DNA of 64,000 bases from Alphaproteobacteria bacterium (lineage in GTDB: Bacteria; Pseudomonadota; Alphaproteobacteria; VGDZ01): the NCBI GenBank assembly GCA_016869515.1, contig VGDZ01000009.1, positions 1,961 through 65,960 on the forward strand, given 5' to 3'. Made by a program: the position numbers and the translations under genes. A model generated the notes under the pieces. The model saw nothing but the letters and a program-made list of their open reading frames with translations. It was not told the DNA's origin and did no database searches. Positions 59,601 to 64,000 of this stretch are shown here, piece by piece; position 1 is the stretch's first letter; every line of letters begins with the position of its first letter.

Positions 59601-61085
59601 ATGGCACGCATCGCGGTGGCCGGTTTCCAGCACGAGACCAACACCTTCTCCCCGGTCAAGGCGACCTGGGAGGATTTCGAAAAGGGCGAGGGCTGGCCCG
59701 CGCTGCAGCGAGGCGGTTCGTTCCATTCCGCCTTCGCCGGCATGAACCTGCCGATCGAAGGCTTCATGAAGGAAGCCATGCGGCTGCGCCATGCGCTGGT
59801 GCCGCTGGCCTGGGCCGCGACGACGCCCTGTTCCTACGTCACCGAGGACGCCTTCGAGCGCATGGCCGCGCTGGTGACCGAGGATCTGAAGAAGGCGCTG
59901 CCGGTGGACGCGGTCTATCTCGACCTGCACGGCGCCATGGTCACCGAGCATCTCGAGGACGGCGAGGGCGAGTTCCTCAGGCGCGTGCGGGCGGCGGTCG
60001 GCGACAAGGTCCCGGTGGTGGCGTCGCTCGACCTGCACTGCAACACCACCGAGAAGATGGTGCGCGAGGCTTCGGTCTTGATCGCCTACCGTACCTATCC
60101 CCATGTCGATATGGCCGACACCGGAGCGCGCGTCGCACGCCACCTCGACATGCTGCTGAAAGGACGCAGGATACAAGCCAAGGCCTTTCGCAAACTGCCC
60201 TTCATCATGCCGCTGACCGTGCAATGCACCATGGTCGAGCCCTCGGGCGGGGTCTATCGATTCCTGGAGTCTTTGGAAGGCGGACCAGTCTCGAGCGTCT
60301 CCTTCACGCCGGGATTTCCCCAGGCCGACATCGCCGATTGCGGCCCGGCGGTGATGGCCTATGGCGACGATCAGGCCAGCGCCGACCGCGCCGCCGATGC
60401 GCTGGCCAAGCACATCGTCGAGCGCGAAGCCGCGTTCGTCGACGAGTTGTTGGCGCCGGCCGAAGCGCTCAAGCGCGCTTATGCCATGCCGGCCGGCAAA
60501 CCGGTCGTGCTGGCCGATGCCCAGGACAATACCGGCGCCGGCGGCACCGGCGACACCACCGGCTTGCTGCGCGCCATGCTGGACGCCGGTGCCGAGAATG
60601 CGTTGCTGGGTTTGATCTGCGATCCTGAGACTGCGGCCCGCGCCCATCAGGTCGGGACCGGCAGGACCGGGACGTTCGATATCGGCGGCAAGCTCTACAA
60701 AGGCGATCCGACGCTCTCCGCCGAATTCGCGGTCGAAGGCCTGTCCGACGGCCAGTTTCTGTGTACCGGCCCGTTCTATGGCGGCACGCATGCCAAGCTC
60801 GGTCCGACCGCCGTCCTGCGCCGCAATGGCGTGCGGGCGGTGGTGACCTCGAAGCGCATGCAGGCGGCGGACCAGGAGATGTTCCGCCATGTCGGCGCCG
60901 AACCCAAGACGGCGCGCGTGCTGGGGGTCAAGTCCTCGGTCCATTTTCGGGCCGATTTCCAGCCCATCGCCGAGGCGGTGCTGGTGGTGGCGTCGCCCGG
61001 CGCGGCGCCGATGGATCCGCGCACTCTGCCTTACAAGCGCTTGCGCAAGGGCGTGCGGCTCTCGCCCCTAGGACCGACGCGGTAA
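59601..61085 (+). CDS. M81-family metallopeptidase (MlrC/microcystinase C-like)
   Basis: MARIAVAGFQHETNTFSP is the characteristic MlrC N-terminus, with DUF1485/DUF1205 regions. Length 494 aa. Confidence 0.75.
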   Translation: MARIAVAGFQHETNTFSPVKATWEDFEKGEGWPALQRGGSFHSAFAGMNLPIEGFMKEAMRLRHALVPLAWAATTPCSYVTEDAFERMAALVTEDLKKALPVDAVYLDLHGAMVTEHLEDGEGEFLRRVRAAVGDKVPVVASLDLHCNTTEKMVREASVLIAYRTYPHVDMADTGARVARHLDMLLKGRRIQAKAFRKLPFIMPLTVQCTMVEPSGGVYRFLESLEGGPVSSVSFTPGFPQADIADCGPAVMAYGDDQASADRAADALAKHIVEREAAFVDELLAPAEALKRAYAMPAGKPVVLADAQDNTGAGGTGDTTGLLRAMLDAGAENALLGLICDPETAARAHQVGTGRTGTFDIGGKLYKGDPTLSAEFAVEGLSDGQFLCTGPFYGGTHAKLGPTAVLRRNGVRAVVTSKRMQAADQEMFRHVGAEPKTARVLGVKSSVHFRADFQPIAEAVLVVASPGAAPMDPRTLPYKRLRKGVRLSPLGPTR

Positions 61086-61090
61086 GAAGT

Positions 61091-61537
61091 TTACTTCTTG
61101 TTGGGGTCGGGCTTGGCCGCGGGCGGTGCCGCGGGCGGCGGCAGGTCCGGCGGCAAGGCGCCGTTCTTTTTCACCATTTCGACGATGCGGCCGTCGAGGC
61201 TGCGCATCGATTCGACCATCACCCGCATCAGCGCCCGCACCAGCGGATCGGTGTTGAGCAGGCGGCGCTTGAAGTCGTCGCCGACGATCACCCGGCAGAC
61301 GCAATCCGATATGGCGGTGATGTTGTTCGACCGGCCGGTGTCGTCGATCAGCCCGAGTTCGCCGAACACCCGCTTCGGTCCCAGGCGCTCCAGCACCAGC
61401 TTGCCCTGCGGCGCCTTTTTCCAGATTTCGACATGGCCGGATTCGATGATGAAAAGCTCCCGGCCGGGCGATCCTTCCTTGAGGATGTCCTGGCCGGCGT
61501 AGAATACGCGGCGTTCCATCAGGTCGAGCGAGGACAC
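61091..61537 (-). CDS. Cyclic-nucleotide-binding (cNMP/CAP-family effector) domain protein without a DNA-binding domain
   Basis: cNMP-binding beta-roll motifs (GQDILKEGSPGRELFIIESGHVEI..., FGELGLI). Pro/Ala-rich C-terminal tail. Length 148 aa. Confidence 0.7.
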   Translation of the reverse strand: MSSLDLMERRVFYAGQDILKEGSPGRELFIIESGHVEIWKKAPQGKLVLERLGPKRVFGELGLIDDTGRSNNITAISDCVCRVIVGDDFKRRLLNTDPLVRALMRVMVESMRSLDGRIVEMVKKNGALPPDLPPPAAPPAAKPDPNKK

Positions 61538-61540
61538 TTT

Positions 61541-62314
61541 CTAGCTCTCCGCCAATTCGCACCACACCGGGGCGTGATCCGAAGCCTTTTCTTGGCCTCT
61601 CGCCTTCCGATCAACCCCGGCGGATTTTAGCCGATCCGCCGCCTTTGGCGAGAGAAGAATGTGGTCGATACGTAGACCGTGATCCTTGGGCCAAGCGCCG
61701 GCGCGATAGTCCCACCACGTATAGGCGTGGCCGCCCGGCGCCAGCGCAGCCAGTGCGTCGGTAAAGCCGAGATGGCTGATGCGGCGAAACGCCGCGCGCT
61801 CCTCGGGATGGCACAGCACCTGGTCGCGCCAGGCGGCCGGATCGTGGACGTCGGCATCGTCGGGGGCGACGTTGAAGTCGCCGCCGATCGCAACCGGTTC
61901 CTCGAGCCCGACAAGACTTGCGGCATGGGTCTTCAGCCGCGCCAGGAATCCCAGCTTGTAGCGGAACTTGTCGGACCCCACGGCCTGGCCGTTGGGGACA
62001 TAGACCGACGCCACGCGGATGCCGCCGGTGAAGGCTTCGATGTAGCGCGCTTCGGTATCGTTGGCGTCGCCCGGCAGGCTGCGAACGACATCGTCCAGCG
62101 GCTGCTTCGACAGGATGGCGACGCCGTTGTAGGTCTTCTGGCCGTGCAAGGCGAGATTGTAGCCGAGGTCCTCGAATTCGAGCCGCGGAAAGCCGTGATC
62201 CTCGGTCTTGGTCTCCTGCAAGAGGCAGACATCGGGCTTGGCCTCGCCCAACCAGGCGAGGACGTTGGGCAGGCGCGCCTTGACCGAATTGACGTTGAAG
62301 CTGGCGATCTTCAC
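61541..62314 (-). CDS. xthA: Exodeoxyribonuclease III
   Basis: MKIASFNVNS... with a probable GTG start. EEP-nuclease motifs LQETK, GDFNVAPDD and SDHAPV. Confidence 0.9.
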   Translation of the reverse strand: MKIASFNVNSVKARLPNVLAWLGEAKPDVCLLQETKTEDHGFPRLEFEDLGYNLALHGQKTYNGVAILSKQPLDDVVRSLPGDANDTEARYIEAFTGGIRVASVYVPNGQAVGSDKFRYKLGFLARLKTHAASLVGLEEPVAIGGDFNVAPDDADVHDPAAWRDQVLCHPEERAAFRRISHLGFTDALAALAPGGHAYTWWDYRAGAWPKDHGLRIDHILLSPKAADRLKSAGVDRKARGQEKASDHAPVWCELAES

Positions 62315-62329
62315 GGCGGCCGCAGCTTA

Positions 62330-62462
62330 GGGCATGATCGATCTGTCTTGAACCATAGAGTTCAAGACAGATCGTGAATCATGCCCTCGTATCCTGCTCT
62401 GGACCGCGATCCGCGGTTCATAGGGAATCGCGGCCGTGATTCCCTATGAACCGATCGCGGTC
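62330..62462. repeat. Composite palindromic repeat element, copy C (module 1 at 62330-62386, module 2 at 62402-62462)
   Basis: See copy A. Located in the erpA-xthA intergenic region, starting 16 nt upstream of the xthA start codon. Confidence 0.85.
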
Positions 62463-62490
62463 CAGCAGCCGACGCGCCGGACGCGAAACC

Positions 62491-62829
62491 CTACATCACC
62501 GAGAAGGACGAGCCGCAGCCGCAGGAGGCGGTGGCGTTGGGGTTTTTGATCTGGAACGAGGAACCGACCATTTCCTCGACGAAGTCCAGCCGCGCGCCCT
62601 TGACGTATTCGAGCGAGGTGGCATCGATCAGCACCGTCGCACCGCTCTTTTCGACCGCCAGATCGTCCTCCTGGCGGGCGTTGTCGAACGTGAAGTTGTA
62701 CTGGAAACCCGAACAGCCGCCGCCGCTGACGGCGATGCGCAGCATCATGCCGGGGCCCTCGGTCTTGAGCACCTCGACGATGCGGCGGGCGGCCTTGTCG
62801 GTGACTTCGAACGCGGCGGCTTCGGTCAT
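62491..62829 (-). CDS. erpA: Iron-sulfur cluster insertion protein (IscA/HesB/ErpA family)
   Basis: Start MTEAAAFEVTD... Conserved cysteines: GGCSGFQY and the C-terminal CGCGSSF motif. About 112 aa. Confidence 0.8.
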   Translation of the reverse strand: MTEAAAFEVTDKAARRIVEVLKTEGPGMMLRIAVSGGGCSGFQYNFTFDNARQEDDLAVEKSGATVLIDATSLEYVKGARLDFVEEMVGSSFQIKNPNATASCGCGSSFSVM

Positions 62830-62894
62830 GGCCTTATAGATGGTCGCGGCGGCCCGCGTTGTCAATGCGGCCGGGCGCGGCTAGGGTCCGCGCC

Positions 62895-64000
62895 ATGACT
62901 GCGCGCGCCGCCTATGCCTGCCAGCCCGAGGCCAGCCGGGGGCGGCTCTATCCCGAGGCCGAAAGCCCGACCCGGACCTGCTTCCAGCGCGACCGCGACC
63001 GGGTGATCCATTCCACCGCCTTCCGTCGCCTCAAGCACAAGACCCAGGTGTTCGTCTATCACGAGGGCGACCACTACCGCACGCGGCTGACCCATTCGCT
63101 GGAAGTGGCGCAGATCGCCCGCGGCGTCGCCCGCGGCCTCGGCCTGGACGAGGATCTGTGCGAGGCGCTGGCGCTGGCTCACGATCTCGGCCATCCGCCC
63201 TTCGGCCATGCCGGCGAAGAGGCGCTGGACAAGGCCATGGCGCCCTTCGGCGGCTTCGATCACAACGCCCAGACCCTGCGCGTGCTGACCCGGCTCGAAC
63301 ATCGCTATGCCGAGTTCGACGGACTCAATCTGTGCTGGGAGACGCTGGAAGGCGTGGTCAAGCACAACGGCCCGGTGTCGTCGCCCTATCCCTTCGGCAT
63401 CGCCGACTATGCCCGCCACCAAGACCTCGAACTTACGACCCACGCTTCGGCCGAGGCCCAGGTCGCGGCCCAGGCCGACGACATCGCCTACAACAATCAT
63501 GACATCGACGACGGGCTGCGCGCCGGCCTGTTCCAACTGGAGGATTTCGATCGCGTGCCGCTGGTCGGCCGCATCCTGCGAGAGGTCTCGGCGCGCTATC
63601 CGCGCTTGGATCGGCCGCGGCTGGTGCACGAGACCATCCGCCGGCTGATCGACCGCATGGTCACCGACCTTTTGGCCGAAAGCCGGAGGCGGCTGGCGGA
63701 TCTCGCGCCCAAGGACGCGCAGGCGATCCGCGCCGCCGGCCGGCCGACGATCGGGCTTTCGGCCGAGATGGCCAAGGAAGCGGCGGAACTCAAGGAGTTC
63801 CTTTACCTGCATATGTACCGTCACTATAAGGTCAACCGCATGACGTCGAAGGCCAAGCGGATCGTGACCGACCTGTTCGGCCTTTATCTCAGCGAGCCCG
63901 AGGTCCTGCCCGAGGAGTGGCGCGCCCAATGCCGCGGCCCCGGCACGACCGAAACGGCGCGGGTGGCGGCGGATTTCGTCGCCGGCATGACCGATCGCTT
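62895..64000 (+). CDS. Deoxyguanosinetriphosphate triphosphohydrolase-like protein (HD-domain dGTPase), 3'-truncated by the window end
   Basis: Not in the ORF track because it has no stop within the window. Read from ATG at 62895: MTARAAYACQPEASRGRLYPE...FQRDRDRVIHSTAFRRLKHKTQV...HSLEVAQIARGVARGLGLDEDLCEALALAHDLGHPPFGH, which is the canonical dGTPase HD motif. Confidence 0.8.
   Translation, partial: MTARAAYACQPEASRGRLYPEAESPTRTCFQRDRDRVIHSTAFRRLKHKTQVFVYHEGDHYRTRLTHSLEVAQIARGVARGLGLDEDLCEALALAHDLGHPPFGHAGEEALDKAMAPFGGFDHNAQTLRVLTRLEHRYAEFDGLNLCWETLEGVVKHNGPVSSPYPFGIADYARHQDLELTTHASAEAQVAAQADDIAYNNHDIDDGLRAGLFQLEDFDRVPLVGRILREVSARYPRLDRPRLVHETIRRLIDRMVTDLLAESRRRLADLAPKDAQAIRAAGRPTIGLSAEMAKEAAELKEFLYLHMYRHYKVNRMTSKAKRIVTDLFGLYLSEPEVLPEEWRAQCRGPGTTETARVAADFVAGMTDR

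Overview
This 64 kb window is high-GC (about 68%), densely coding chromosomal DNA. Gene content suggests an alphaproteobacterium (DUF1489, MipA/OmpV, PCu(A)C, TAXI-TRAP and fused MFS/spermidine-synthase genes), although this is an inference. I read roughly 50 protein-coding genes on both strands. I found no rRNA, tRNA, CRISPR array, transposase or integrase. The main recognisable blocks are listed below.

- A TAXI-type TRAP transporter at 992..4198.
- A three-gene 2-oxoacid:ferredoxin/NADP oxidoreductase cluster at 8069..12737: a GltD-like flavoprotein fused to a ferredoxin (KorC-like), followed by KorA and KorB.
- A complete leucine/isovalerate catabolic liu cluster on the minus strand at 31534..37697 (mccA, liuC, mccB, a DsbA-like isomerase and ivd). 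An SLC13 permease and a DUF1489 gene sit immediately downstream.
- ugd and galU at 25022..27277.
- A class II B12-dependent ribonucleotide reductase nrdJ at 49926..53564.
- trmFO, ilvD, xthA, erpA and a partial dGTPase gene running off the 3' end of the window.

The most unusual content is as follows.

- A single-domain response regulator, with a decayed REC remnant upstream, sits directly in front of a 1071-aa TPR plus CHAT (caspase-like) lipoprotein at 44700..48954.
- A translationally coupled VWA protein and membrane J-domain protein pair lies at 27343..28745.
- Cyclic-nucleotide signalling genes are enriched: three class III nucleotidyl cyclases (one CHASE2-linked, one membrane-anchored, one TPR-fused) and a standalone cNMP-binding protein.
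- A novel two-module palindromic repeat family is present in three copies. One copy forms the last ~18 codons of the trmFO reading frame.
- A truncated FAD-monooxygenase remnant abuts the TRAP permease.
- An atypically AT-rich island lies in the long divergent leader upstream of nrdJ.

Several very long ORFs on the opposite strand are Arg/Gly/Pro-rich antisense artefacts of high-GC DNA and were rejected.
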